Positions 51,939 to 62,642 of a stretch of DNA of 64,000 bases are shown here, one piece after another (within the stretch, counting starts at the first letter, position 1; each line of letters starts with the position of its first letter). The stretch lies in assembly GCA_963727485.1 (NCBI GenBank), contig CAVSGM010000005.1, positions 64,001-128,000 of the forward strand, given 5' to 3'. The translations under genes and the position numbers were made by a program. Below the pieces are notes generated by a model, which worked only from the letters and a program-made list of their open reading frames with translations, had not been told where the DNA came from and made no database searches. The stretch is from an uncultured delta proteobacterium (lineage in GTDB: Bacteria; Myxococcota; Myxococcia; SLRQ01).

Positions 51939-53705
51939 TCACTCACCGCCCTCCGGGCTCCCCTCGCGGTCGGCCTTGGGGGCCTCGGGGGCCGCCGGGG
52001 TCTCCGCCGGCTTCGTGGTCTCGGGGGCCTGGGTTGCGGTCTCGGGGGCCCGGGTCGGGGTCTCGGGGGCCTCGGGGGCCCGGGTCGGGGTCTCGGTGGG
52101 GGCCGCGGCCTTCGCCTCGCCCTCGTCCGGGCCGGCCAGGGCCGCGAAGGGGTTGAAGGTGAGCGTGGGCTCCTTCTGCTTCGGCGCCCGCTCGCCCTTG
52201 GGCCCCTTGCCGGGTCCCTTGCCGCTCCGGGGCGCCCGCTCCGGGCGCCCGGACCGCTCGGCCTTGGGGCGCTTGCTCTCGGGGCGCTTGCCCTTGGGGC
52301 GCTCGGTCCGGGTCCGGCCGCGACCCTCGCCGGAGGTCTCGGCCCCGGCGGCGGTTGCGCCCCGCTCCGGGGCCCGGTCGCCGGCCTTCTTGCGCTTCTT
52401 GCGCTTGCGCTTCCGGGGGCTGCGCCGGGTGGTCGCCGAGGGGTCCATGCCGCCGCGGTAGAGGGGCCGGTCGTAGAGGCGGCTGTAGTCGGTCCAGCCG
52501 TCGGGCCCCGCGTCCTGGAGGAGCTCGGTGAACGAGTTCACCCGGGCGTCCACCACGTCGGCGTAGTGGACCAGGAGGGCCTCGAGGGTCTTGGGGCGCT
52601 TGGGCGACCCGTACTCGAGCTCGCCGTGGTGGCTGACCACGATGTGGACCACCTGGTCGAGGAGCTCGTCGGGGAAGCCGTCGATCTCCGAGGCCTGGTC
52701 GTGGACCCACTGGCTGGTCATCACCAGGTGCCCGACCAGGCGGCCGGTCCGCGAGTAGCCGAAGGCGCCCTCGTAGACCAGCTCCTCAATCTTCCCGTAG
52801 TCGTGGAGGAAGCACCCGGTGAGCACCAGGTCCCGGTCCACGTGGGGGTAGTGCTCGCAGAGGCGCTGGCCGAGCTTCATCACCGAGAGGGTGTGCTCGA
52901 TGAGGCCGCCGACCCAGGCGTGGTGCACCGACTGGGCCGCCGGGGCGCGCTTGAACTTCCGGGTCTGCTCGGGGTCGTCGAGGAAGGCGTGGAGGAGCTG
53001 CTTGAGGAAGCGGTTCTCCATCCCGTCGACCAGGGAGACGATCTCCTCGAGCTGGTGCTCGGCGGTGCCCCGCCCGGCGGGGAGGAACTCGGCCGTGGGG
53101 ACCTCGAGGTCCGAGGCGTCGATCCGGTCCACGTCGTCGAGGCGCACCTGGAGGCGTCCCTGGAAGGTGACCGCGGTCCCCTTCACCCGGACGTGGTCCC
53201 CCTCGCGGAAGCGCTCGGCGACCTGCTCGGCACCGTCCCAGAGCCGCCCCTCGAGGCGTCCGGTGCGGTCGATGAGGGTCAGGGCGAGGAACGGGCGGCC
53301 GGCGCGGTCGATGGGCAGCTGCTTGCGCTGGACCAGGAAGAGCCCGGCGATGTCCTGGCCGGGCTCCACCTCGCCGGCGTAGTGGCCCTTGGCCCGGCGG
53401 ACCTTGACCCCGGCGTCGCCCTTGGGGGGCTTGGGGGCCTCGGTGGACGGCGCGGCCTCGGTGGTCGCCGGCGCCTCGGACGGCGCGGCCTCGGTGGCGG
53501 GCGCGGCCTCGGCGGCGGGCGCGGCCTCGGTGGACGGCGCGGCCTCGGTCGTCTCCGCGGCCTCGGTCGCCGGGGTCTCCGCCGCCGGGGTCTCGGGGGC
53601 GGCGGTCGCCTCGGTGGCCTCGGTGGGGGCCGCGGCCTGCGTGGTCTCCTCGGCCTGGGGCTCGTCCTCGGGGCTCGGCGCCTGGGTCTCGTTGCTCTCG
53701 GTCAT
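51939..53705 (-). CDS. YhaM/CBF-1 family 3'-5' exoribonuclease (OB + HD) with long disordered tails
   Basis: LTLIDRTG.LEGRLWD; APAA.SVHHAWVGGLIEHTL; LHDYGK; SHHGELEYGSPKRP.TLEA. Confidence 0.9.
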   Translation of the reverse strand: MTESNETQAPSPEDEPQAEETTQAAAPTEATEATAAPETPAAETPATEAAETTEAAPSTEAAPAAEAAPATEAAPSEAPATTEAAPSTEAPKPPKGDAGVKVRRAKGHYAGEVEPGQDIAGLFLVQRKQLPIDRAGRPFLALTLIDRTGRLEGRLWDGAEQVAERFREGDHVRVKGTAVTFQGRLQVRLDDVDRIDASDLEVPTAEFLPAGRGTAEHQLEEIVSLVDGMENRFLKQLLHAFLDDPEQTRKFKRAPAAQSVHHAWVGGLIEHTLSVMKLGQRLCEHYPHVDRDLVLTGCFLHDYGKIEELVYEGAFGYSRTGRLVGHLVMTSQWVHDQASEIDGFPDELLDQVVHIVVSHHGELEYGSPKRPKTLEALLVHYADVVDARVNSFTELLQDAGPDGWTDYSRLYDRPLYRGGMDPSATTRRSPRKRKRKKRKKAGDRAPERGATAAGAETSGEGRGRTRTERPKGKRPESKRPKAERSGRPERAPRSGKGPGKGPKGERAPKQKEPTLTFNPFAALAGPDEGEAKAAAPTETPTRAPEAPETPTRAPETATQAPETTKPAETPAAPEAPKADREGSPEGGE

Positions 53706-53839
53706 CGGAAATCGGTCCTTTCTCACACCCGGTCGGCCGCGGCGCGTGGGTGGCCCACGACGTCATCCGGGGCCGGCTCTGCGGGCCCCCGGCGCGGCTC
53801 GGGCCCTGCGTAGCACGCGCGCACGCGCGGCGACAAGGA

Positions 53840-55435
53840 TCAGGCGGGGTGGGCCCCGGCCACGATGCGCCGCCCGACGCGCAGCCCGTCGATGGCCGCT
53901 GAGGCGATGCCCCCAGCGTGGCCACACCCCTCGCCACAGGGGTAGAGCCCGGCCACCACCGGCGAGACCAGGTCGGGCCCCCGGGGGCAGGTCACCGGCG
54001 CGCTGGTCCGGGTCTCGGCGCCGACGAGGACCGCCTCGGCGGTGACGAAGCCGCGCAGGGTCCGCCCGAAGCGCCCGACGGCGTCGACCAGGGCCCGGGT
54101 CATGGCCTCGGGGTAGAGCCGGGCCAGGTCCGCCTCGACGAGGCCCCGGGGGTAGGAGTGTCGCCCGGTGAGGGGGCGCACCCTGCCTGCGAGGAGGTCG
54201 GTGAGGCGCTGGGCCGGGGCCCGGAAGGCGCCCCCGCCGGCGGCGTAGGCCCGGCGCTCCACGTCCTCCTGGAAGCGCACCCCGGCGAGGACGTCCTCGC
54301 CGAAGCCGGCGGCGGCGAAGTCCCCGGGGCCCACCTGGACCACCAGGGCGCTGTTGGCCCACCGCGACGCCCGCCGCGCGCCGCTCATCCCGTTGACGCA
54401 GAGGAGGCCGTCGACGGTGGGCGTGGGCACCACCACCCCGCCGGGGCACATGCAGAAGGCGTAGACCCCCCGCCCGCCGGCGGTGGCGGCGAGCTTGTAG
54501 TCCGCGGGCGGCAGGGCGGGGTGCCCCGCGGCGGGGCCGTACTGGATCTCGTCGATGAGGGCCTGGGGGTGCTCGACCCGCAGGCCCATGGCCAGCGCCT
54601 TGGGCGAAAGGAGCCCGGGGACCTCGGCCAGGGACCGGTAGAGCTCCCGGGCGGCGTTCCCAGGGGCGAGGACCACCCGGGTGGCGTCCAGGACCTCGCC
54701 GCCTTCGAGGCGCACCCCGGTGACCCGGCCGCCGGCGACGCGCAGGCCCTCGACGTGGGCCGAGAACCGCACCTCGCACCCGCGGGTCTCCAGGTGGCGC
54801 CGGAGGGCGTCGACGATGGCCGGGAGGCGCTCGGAGCCCAGGTGGGGCTTGTTTGTGACCAGGATGTCCGGGTCGGCGCCGTGGCGCACCAGCACCTCGA
54901 GCACCTCCCGGACCTCGGGGTCGCGTACCCGGGTGGAGAGCTTGCCGTCGGTGAAGGTCCCGGCGCCGCCCTCGCCGAAGCTCACGTTGCTCTCGGGGTC
55001 GAGCTCACCGCGCTTGTAGAGGCGGGCCACGTCGAGCTTGCGCGGCCGGGTGGGGCGCCCGCGATCGAGGAGGACGCAGGGGAGCCCGGCCTCCACCAGG
55101 GCCAGGGCGCAGAAGAGGCCCGCGGGGCCGGCGCCGACGATCACCGGGGGCGGCCCGTCGAGGCGCACGGGGGGGCGGACGATCGCCGGCGCGGCCCGGG
55201 CCTCGGTGACCCCCGGGGGGAGCGCCGGGGGCACGGGCGCCACCTCGGCCTCCACCGTGAACACGTAGCGCGGCCGGCGCCGGCCCCGGGCGTCGAGGGA
55301 GCGCCGGACAATCGCCACCTCGCCCACGGCGTCCGCCGGGACCCCCAGGCGCGCGGCCACCTTGCGCCGCAGGGCGGGGGCCGGCTCGAGGGCCGCGTCG
55401 AGGTCGAGCTCGAGGCCTGGCAGTCGCAGTCGCAT
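53840..55435 (-). CDS. Uncharacterised FAD-dependent oxidoreductase
   Basis: IVGAGPAGLF, FGEGGAGTFTDGKL, GLRVEHPQ, FCMCPGG, ETRTSAP, GLYPCGEG.G.AGGI.SAA.DG. Confidence 0.9.
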   Translation of the reverse strand: MRLRLPGLELDLDAALEPAPALRRKVAARLGVPADAVGEVAIVRRSLDARGRRRPRYVFTVEAEVAPVPPALPPGVTEARAAPAIVRPPVRLDGPPPVIVGAGPAGLFCALALVEAGLPCVLLDRGRPTRPRKLDVARLYKRGELDPESNVSFGEGGAGTFTDGKLSTRVRDPEVREVLEVLVRHGADPDILVTNKPHLGSERLPAIVDALRRHLETRGCEVRFSAHVEGLRVAGGRVTGVRLEGGEVLDATRVVLAPGNAARELYRSLAEVPGLLSPKALAMGLRVEHPQALIDEIQYGPAAGHPALPPADYKLAATAGGRGVYAFCMCPGGVVVPTPTVDGLLCVNGMSGARRASRWANSALVVQVGPGDFAAAGFGEDVLAGVRFQEDVERRAYAAGGGAFRAPAQRLTDLLAGRVRPLTGRHSYPRGLVEADLARLYPEAMTRALVDAVGRFGRTLRGFVTAEAVLVGAETRTSAPVTCPRGPDLVSPVVAGLYPCGEGCGHAGGIASAAIDGLRVGRRIVAGAHPA

Positions 55436-55547
55436 CTGGTGCTTGACGCCCCCACCCAGTCCGGGTAGCGGTTGCCGCGCCCGACGGGTGCTCTACGTTT
55501 CGCGGCGCACCATCCTGCCACAGCACCCCCTGAAGGAGACGAATCTC

Positions 55548-56543
55548 ATGGCCCGCATCGCCATCAACGGTTTCGGTCGCATCGGTCGCTGCCTCTTCCG
55601 CCTCGCGGTGGACGGCGGCGGGCCCGAGGTGGTCGCCATCAACGACCTCACCGACGCCAAGACCCTCGCCCACCTCCTCAAGTACGACTCGGTCCACGGT
55701 CGCTTCGACCACGAGGTCGAGGCCCGGGGCGACGCCATCGTGGTCGACGGCCGGGAGATCCCGATCCTCGCCGAGCGCGACCCGGCGAAGCTCCCGTGGA
55801 AGCAGCACGAGGTGGAGCTGGTGGTCGAGGCCACCGGCCGCTTCCGCAAGCGCGCCGACGCCAGCAAGCACCTCGAGGCCGGCGCCGAGCGGGTGCTCAT
55901 CAGCGCCCCGGCCACCGATCCCGACATCACCATCTGCTACGGGATCAACCACGAGGCCTTCGACCCGGCGAAGCACAAGATCGTGAGCAACGCCTCGTGC
56001 ACCACCAACTGCATGGCGCCGGTGGCGAGGACCGTCCTCGAGACCGCGGGGGTCGAGAAGGCCCTGATGACCACGATCCACAGCTACACCAACGACCAGC
56101 ACCTCCTCGACCTGCCCCACTCCGACCTGCGCCGGGCCCGGGCCGCGGCGATGTCGATGATCCCGACGAGCACCGGCGCCGCCAAGGCGGTGGCGCTGGT
56201 GGTCCCCGAGCTCGAGGGCAAGATGCACGGGATGGCCGTCCGGGTCCCCACCCCCAACGTGTCGCTGGTGGACCTGACCATCCACACCTCGAAGAAGACC
56301 TCGGTGGAGGAGATCAACGGGGCCTTCGAGAAGGCGGCCAGCGGGGCGCTCAAGGGCATCCTCAAGTACGAGACCGATCCCACCGTCTCCGTCGACCACA
56401 ACCACAGCAGCTACTCGGCGATCCTCGACGCCGAGAGCACCGCGGTGATGGGCGGCGACCTGGTGAAGGTGCTGGCCTGGTACGACAACGAGTGGGGCTT
56501 CTCCAGCCGGATGCTGGACATGACCCGGCTGCTCACCCGCTAG
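55548..56543 (+). CDS. gap: Glyceraldehyde-3-phosphate dehydrogenase (type I)
   Basis: INGFGRIGR, SNASCTTNC, IPTSTGAAKA, RVPTPNVS, WYDNEWG. Confidence 0.98.
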   Translation: MARIAINGFGRIGRCLFRLAVDGGGPEVVAINDLTDAKTLAHLLKYDSVHGRFDHEVEARGDAIVVDGREIPILAERDPAKLPWKQHEVELVVEATGRFRKRADASKHLEAGAERVLISAPATDPDITICYGINHEAFDPAKHKIVSNASCTTNCMAPVARTVLETAGVEKALMTTIHSYTNDQHLLDLPHSDLRRARAAAMSMIPTSTGAAKAVALVVPELEGKMHGMAVRVPTPNVSLVDLTIHTSKKTSVEEINGAFEKAASGALKGILKYETDPTVSVDHNHSSYSAILDAESTAVMGGDLVKVLAWYDNEWGFSSRMLDMTRLLTR

Positions 56544-56553
56544 GGAGCCGCCC

Positions 56554-57737
56554 ATGGCCATCCACACCCTCGACGAGCTCGACCTCGACGGGAAGCGGGT
56601 CTTCATCCGCGTCGACTTCAACGTGCCCCTCGACGCCGCCGGGCACGTCGTCGACGACCGGCGGATCCGCGGCGCCCTGCCCACCATCCAGTACGCGGTG
56701 AAGCACGGGGCCCGGGTGATCCTGGCGAGCCACCTCGGCCGGCCCAAGGGGGGGCGCGACGAGAAGCTCTCGCTGCTCCCGGCCGGCGAGCGCCTCTCGG
56801 AGCTCCTCGGGCAGGACGTGGCGTTCGCCGACGACTGCGTGGGCGACGGGGTGAAGAAGCTGGTCAAGGACCTCGCCGCCGGCCACGTCCTCCTCCTGGA
56901 GAACCTGCGCTTCCATCCGGGCGAGGAGGCGGGCGATCCGGCCTTCGCCCGGCAGCTCGCCGCCCTCGCCGACGTGTGGGTGATGGACGCCTTCGGGACC
57001 GCCCACCGGGCCCACGCCTCCACCGCGGTGATGGCCCAGTTCGTCGCCGAGAAGGCCGCGGGCTTCCTGGTGAAGAAGGAGCTCGACTACCTCGGCCGGG
57101 CCCTCGACGATCCCAAGCGGCCCTTCGTGGCCATCCTCGGGGGCGCCAAGGTCTCGGACAAGATCAAGGTCATCGACGCCCTGCTCACCCGCTGCGACGC
57201 CCTGCTCATCGGCGGGGCCATGGCCTACACCTTCCTCAAGGCCAGCGGCGCCAGCGTGGGCCGCAGCCGGGTCGAGGAGGCCTCCGTGGACGAGGCCAGG
57301 CGCCTGCTCCGCCGGGCCGAGGAGCGCAAGGTCGAGCTGCTCCTGCCCCTGGACCACCTCGCCACCGACGCGGTCACCAGCGACAAGCGCCCCAAGACCA
57401 CCGCCGGCGTGGACATCCCCCCGGACCTCCTCGGGGTGGACATCGGTCCGCGGACGGTGCGCGCGTACGAGGCGCGCATCGCCTCGGCGGGGACGGTGTT
57501 CTGGAACGGGCCCATGGGCATCTTCGAGACCGAGGCCTTCTCCGGCGGCACCTTCGCCCTCGCCCGGGCCCTCGCCGAGTCGAAGGCGGTCTCGGTGGTC
57601 GGCGGCGGCGACTCGGCCTCGGCGGTGCAGCAGGCCGGGGTGGCCGACCGGATCACCCACGTATCCACCGGCGGCGGCGCCTCCCTCGAGTTCCTCGAGG
57701 GCCGGCCCCTGCCCGGCATCCAGGCCCTGGAGGACGG

Positions 57738-57741
<4 letters not shown>
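56554..57741 (+). CDS. pgk: Phosphoglycerate kinase
   Basis: [55 protein letters not shown]. Confidence 0.98.
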
Positions 57742-58506
<765 letters not shown>

Positions 58507-58566
58507 CCCGCGGGACGGAGCGTGGCATAGAGCCCCGTTCCACCCGGCGGCAGGAGCCCGAGTGCC

Positions 58567-59037
58567 ATGATTGCGTTCATCACCGTCGTCCACATCGTCG
58601 TCTCGCTGGTCATGATCGTCGTGATCCTCCTCCAGGAAGGGAAGGAGGGCATGGGCGCCATCGGCGGCGGCGTCGGCGCCACCGCCTTCGGGCCCCGCGC
58701 CCGGCCCACGCCCCTCTCCCGGATCACGGTGGTGGCGGCGGTGCTCTTCATGGTGACGGCGATCCTCCTCGCGTACCTGTCCAGCCAGGGGCACTCGGTC
58801 GTCGACACCGGCTCCTCGCCGGCGGCGACCGCTCCGGCGAAGGCCGGCGCCAAGACCGCCAAGCCCGGTGCCGCCGCGCCCGCCAAGACCGGCGGCCGCC
58901 GCGCCCGCCAAGACCGGTCGCCGCGCGCGCCGGCCAAGACCGCCCCCGCGCCGGCGAAGGCCGCCGCGGCTCCGGCGAAGCCCGCCCCCGCGCCGGCGAA
59001 GGGCGCGGCGCCGGCCTCCGGGAACACCGGGAAGTAG
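58567..59037 (+). CDS. secG: Preprotein translocase subunit SecG with Ala/Pro/Lys-rich tail
   Basis: Two TMs; ILLQEGK..MGAIGGG; LSRIT; conserved tpiA-secG-tRNA-Leu order. Confidence 0.92.
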   Translation: MIAFITVVHIVVSLVMIVVILLQEGKEGMGAIGGGVGATAFGPRARPTPLSRITVVAAVLFMVTAILLAYLSSQGHSVVDTGSSPAATAPAKAGAKTAKPGAAAPAKTGGRRARQDRSPRAPAKTAPAPAKAAAAPAKPAPAPAKGAAPASGNTGK

Positions 59038-59115
59038 CCCGGCGTTCCAGGGCGCATCCAGTGATTGCGTGGCCCCCGGGCCTATGCTAGGAAGCGCCTC
59101 CGCTCAATCGAATAT

Positions 59116-59202
59116 GCCGCGGTGGTGGAATTGGTAGACACGCCATCTTGAGGGGGTGGTGGCCAACTGGTCGTGTGAGTTCGAATCTCACCCGCGGCAC
59201 CA
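59116..59202 (+). tRNA. tRNA-Leu (GAG)
   Basis: GCCGCGG/CCGCGGC acceptor stem, GGAATTGGTAGAC D-arm, ccatc-TTGAGGG-ggtgg anticodon arm, long variable arm, GTTCGAATC, encoded CCA. Confidence 0.95.
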
Positions 59203-59208
59203 AAACGA

Positions 59209-59250
59209 CGAAGGCGCGCTTCCCGCATGGGGAGCGCGCCTTCGGCTTTC
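59209..59250. terminator. Intrinsic terminator hairpin between the tRNA and convergent lepB
   Basis: CGAAGGCGCGCTTCCC-GCAT-GGGGAGCGCGCCTTCG, flanked by AAAA and CTTT. Confidence 0.75.
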
Positions 59251-59316
59251 CGTCCCCCGGCACCGGGCCGGGTCCCGGGTGCGGCGCCGGCCCCCCGCCG
59301 CGCCGCACCGCCCCGG

Positions 59317-60015
59317 TCAGTCGTGGGCGAAGGGCCGCCAGGTGAAGCCGTGGTGGGTCCGCCAGTAGATGGCGATGGCCCGCCCCAGGATGGACTCCCG
59401 GGTGACCAGCCCGAAGGCCCGGCCGTCGTGGCTCTCGCCCCGGTTGTCGCCCATGACCAGGTACTGGTCCTTGCCGAGCTTCGTGGGGCCGTAGATCGGC
59501 CCGCCCCCGTAGGTGAGCCGGATGGGGTGGGCGTGGGCCCCCAGGGTCTCGACGAGGCCCTTCTTCCCGTCGGCGATCGACACCGGCTGGCCGTTGATGG
59601 TGAGCTTCCCGCCCCGAACCTCGACGGTGTCGCCGGGGATGGCGACCACCCGCTTGAGGAGGGTGGTGCCGTCCTGGGGGGACTCGAGGACCACCACGTC
59701 GCCCTCCCGGGGCCCGTTGAACTCCCAGAGGTAGTCCTCGGTGCCGGGGACCCGGAGGCCATAGGCCAGCTTGTTGACGATGAGGTGGTCGCCGATGTGG
59801 ACCGTGGGGAGCATGGACCCCGAGGGCACGTAGTAGTGGTCGGCGAAGGACGCCCGGGCCCCGAGGACGGCGAGGACCAGGACCCCGAGGAAGATCCCCT
59901 CCCGGAGCCAGCCCCGGAGCCGGGTCTTGAAGGTGGGCTTCTCGGCCGGCGCCTCGCCCTTGGGGGCGATCTTGGACGGCTTGGAGGTCTCGGCTGTTGA
60001 CGCGCGGCTTGGCAT
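59317..60015 (-). CDS. lepB: Signal peptidase I
   Basis: VPSGSMLPT, GDHLIVNK, GDVVV, LLKRVVAIPGD, MGDNRGESHDGR.FG. Confidence 0.95.
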   Translation of the reverse strand: MPSRASTAETSKPSKIAPKGEAPAEKPTFKTRLRGWLREGIFLGVLVLAVLGARASFADHYYVPSGSMLPTVHIGDHLIVNKLAYGLRVPGTEDYLWEFNGPREGDVVVLESPQDGTTLLKRVVAIPGDTVEVRGGKLTINGQPVSIADGKKGLVETLGAHAHPIRLTYGGGPIYGPTKLGKDQYLVMGDNRGESHDGRAFGLVTRESILGRAIAIYWRTHHGFTWRPFAHD

Positions 60016-60081
60016 GGTCGGAGTCTAGAACACGGTAGCTTCGGGAATCCATCCTCGTGCACCGCAGGAGGGGCCAGGCCC

Positions 60082-60795
60082 TTGCGAACCGTCTTCTCGC
60101 TCGTGGTGATCCCCGTGATCACCGCCTTCATGGGCACCGTCGCCATCGTCGGCGGCCTCCTCCGGTCTCCCGAGCTGGGCGAGTGGGCCACCAGGCGGTG
60201 GGCGCGCAGCCTGCTCCTCGCCACCGGCGCCCGGGTCCGGGCCACCGGGGCCGAGGGCCTCGATCCGGACGGCCACTACATCTTCGTGGCCAACCACCAG
60301 AGCCACCTGGACATCCCGGCGATCACCGTCGCCTGCCCGGGGCCCGTCCGCTTCGTGGCCAAGAAGAGCCTCTTCGCCATCCCCCTCTTCGGCCAAGCGA
60401 TGCGCACCCTCGGGCACGTCCCGGTGGACCGGCAGGACCGGGAGGCGGCCCAGGCGAGCCTGGAGCAGGCCCTCGAGCCCCTGCGCACCCGGGTGAGCCT
60501 CCTCTTCTTCGCCGAGGGGACCCGGAGCGACACCGGGGAGCTCGGCCGGTTCAAGAAGGGGGCCCTGGCCCTGGCCGAGGTCGCCGGGGTCCCGGTGGTG
60601 CCGGTGGCGGTGGTGGGGACCCGGGAGGTGCTCCCCAAGGGGCGGCTGCGGGTCCGGGCGGCGCCGGTGGGCGTGGCCTTCGGGGCCCCCATGCCGGACC
60701 TCACCGATCCCGGGACCCCCCGGCAGGCCCGGGCGGAGGCCCTCCGGGCGGCGGTGGCGGGGCTCATGGAGACCGCGGGCAACCTCCGAGGATGA
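60082..60795 (+). CDS. plsC: 1-acyl-sn-glycerol-3-phosphate acyltransferase
   Basis: NHQSHLD, FVAKKSL, FAEGTRS, FKKG, PVVPVA. Confidence 0.9.
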   Translation: MRTVFSLVVIPVITAFMGTVAIVGGLLRSPELGEWATRRWARSLLLATGARVRATGAEGLDPDGHYIFVANHQSHLDIPAITVACPGPVRFVAKKSLFAIPLFGQAMRTLGHVPVDRQDREAAQASLEQALEPLRTRVSLLFFAEGTRSDTGELGRFKKGALALAEVAGVPVVPVAVVGTREVLPKGRLRVRAAPVGVAFGAPMPDLTDPGTPRQARAEALRAAVAGLMETAGNLRG

Positions 60796-60831
60796 CGCTC
60801 AAATCCAGCTCGTTCTAGTCTGGGCCGTGAG

Positions 60832-62447
60832 ATGCGCCGCCTCGCCGTACTCCCCGTCCTCCTCGGAGTCCTCCTGGTCCCCGCCGTGGCCCACGCCGGG
60901 CGCGTCGCCGTCCTCGCCGACGGCGGCCGGTCGGCGCGGCTGGTCCGGGCCCAGCTGGTGGGGGGCCTCATCGACGGGAACGTCGACGTCCTCTCCGAGC
61001 GCGAGTACGACGCCGCCGCCCGGCGCCTGGGGATCGTCGGCGACGGCCGGGTGAGCCCCGACGGCATCCGGCGCATCGCCGCGGTGGCGGCGGTGGACGC
61101 GGTGCTCCACGCCGACGTCCACCGGCACCGGCGCCACCAGGTGGTCCGCATCACCTTCTACGACGCCATGGGCGAGCAGGAGCTCGACCGGACCTATCGC
61201 CTCTACGGCGGGCGGCTGAAGCGCAGCGACCTCGGGCGCCTGGTCGACTTCGTCGCCCGGAAGGTCCCGGCGGCCCCCACCGGCGGCGGGGCGATGACCG
61301 CGCCCCCGCCGGACACCGGGGGGGCTCGGACACCGGGCGGTTCGGGCAGATGGCCTCGGGGGGCAGCGGCGGCTCGAGCGACGCCGGCGGCGACCCGCGC
61401 CGGGACGACGACGCCCGGCGCCAGCGCGAGGCGGACCAGGCCCGGCGACAGGCCGAGGCCGACCAGCGCCGCCGGGACGCCGAGGCGGCCCAGCGCCGCC
61501 AGGACGCCCAGGCCGACCAGCGCCGCCAGGACGACGCCGCGCGCCGGCGGCGCGAGGCCCAGGCCCGCCGCGACCGCGCCCCGGACGTGGGCGACGCCGA
61601 CGCCGCCTGGCGCCGGACCCATCACCGGCACCGCGACGACGGCTTCGGGACCGGGGGCTGGGCCGGGGACGACCAGGGTGGTCACCGCCCCGACGACCTG
61701 GTGGGTGAGCCCAGCCGGCGCCTGCCCTACATCTCGGTCATCGCCACCGGCGGCGGCGGGTCGCGCAGCTACCACCTCAAGGGTCAGTTCACCACCGTCG
61801 ACTACCAGACCGCCGGCCTCTACCCGGTGGCCGGGGCGGTGATCGACGTCTTCCCCTTCTCCAGCGCCGGGCCCTTCGTCGAGGGCCTCGGCCTCGAGGG
61901 GAGCCTCGACCGGGGCTTCCTCACCAGCCAGTTCGTCGACGGCAACGGGCAGCCCCAGTCGCTCCAGACCCCGGTCCTCCGGTGGTTCGCCGACCTGCGC
62001 TACCGGGTCCGGGTGAGCCCCGACAGCCCCTGGTCCCCCGCCGTGGGCCTGCGGGTGGGCTACGGGGCCACCGACTTCAGCGCCGACCTCGCCAACGCCG
62101 TGTTCACCGGGGTCCACCAGTCCGGGGTGCGCCTGGGCCTCGAGGCCAGCCAGCCCCTGGCGCCGCCGTACCTCGCCGTGTCCCTGGTCCTCGCCGCCCA
62201 GCCCTTCGCCCAGCCCGGCCAGGCCGAGGCCACCGCCTACGGCCCCAACGCCTCCGCCGGGGGCTTCAGCCTCCGGGTCGGCCTCACCGGGGGCACCGCC
62301 GCCTACCACCGGGGCCTGGTCTACGGCGTCTGGCTCGACCTGGTGAGCATGAGCGACCAGTTCAAGGGGACGGGGAGCCGGGACAGCAACGCCACCGCCT
62401 CCGAGCGCTACCTGGCCGTCACCGGCGGCCTCGGCTACGCGTTCTAG
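60832..62447 (+). CDS. Outer-membrane beta-barrel protein with periplasmic alpha/beta domain and charged linker; frameshifted near 61350
   Basis: Signal peptide ending AHA; joins ORF 61350..62447 via a GS linker; amphipathic strands ending GGLGYAF (beta-signal). Confidence 0.7.
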
Positions 62448-62529
62448 CGCGCGCCGCGCCAGGGGAGTGGCCCAGGGGTAGGCCCGAGTGGGCGATCCGA
62501 CCACCCCCTTACACCCTGTAGGTGCGGCG

Positions 62530-62559
62530 TTGACACCGGATCGTCGCCCTTTCTACGAT
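62530..62559 (+). promoter_or_regulatory. sigma70-like promoter
   Basis: TTGACA-N18-TACGAT upstream of AGGAG and ATG 62643. Confidence 0.6.
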
Positions 62560-62642
62560 GCGCGGCGTTTTGCCCGAACCCACCCGGTCCCTCGCCGACC
62601 GTGGCCGAGCACGGGCCCCACCCTGATAGGAGTCTTCCCACC

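Noticed and set aside
59116..59320. tRNA-Leu as an integration site
   Set aside because: No integrase, no duplicated tRNA 3' end, and housekeeping genes follow directly.
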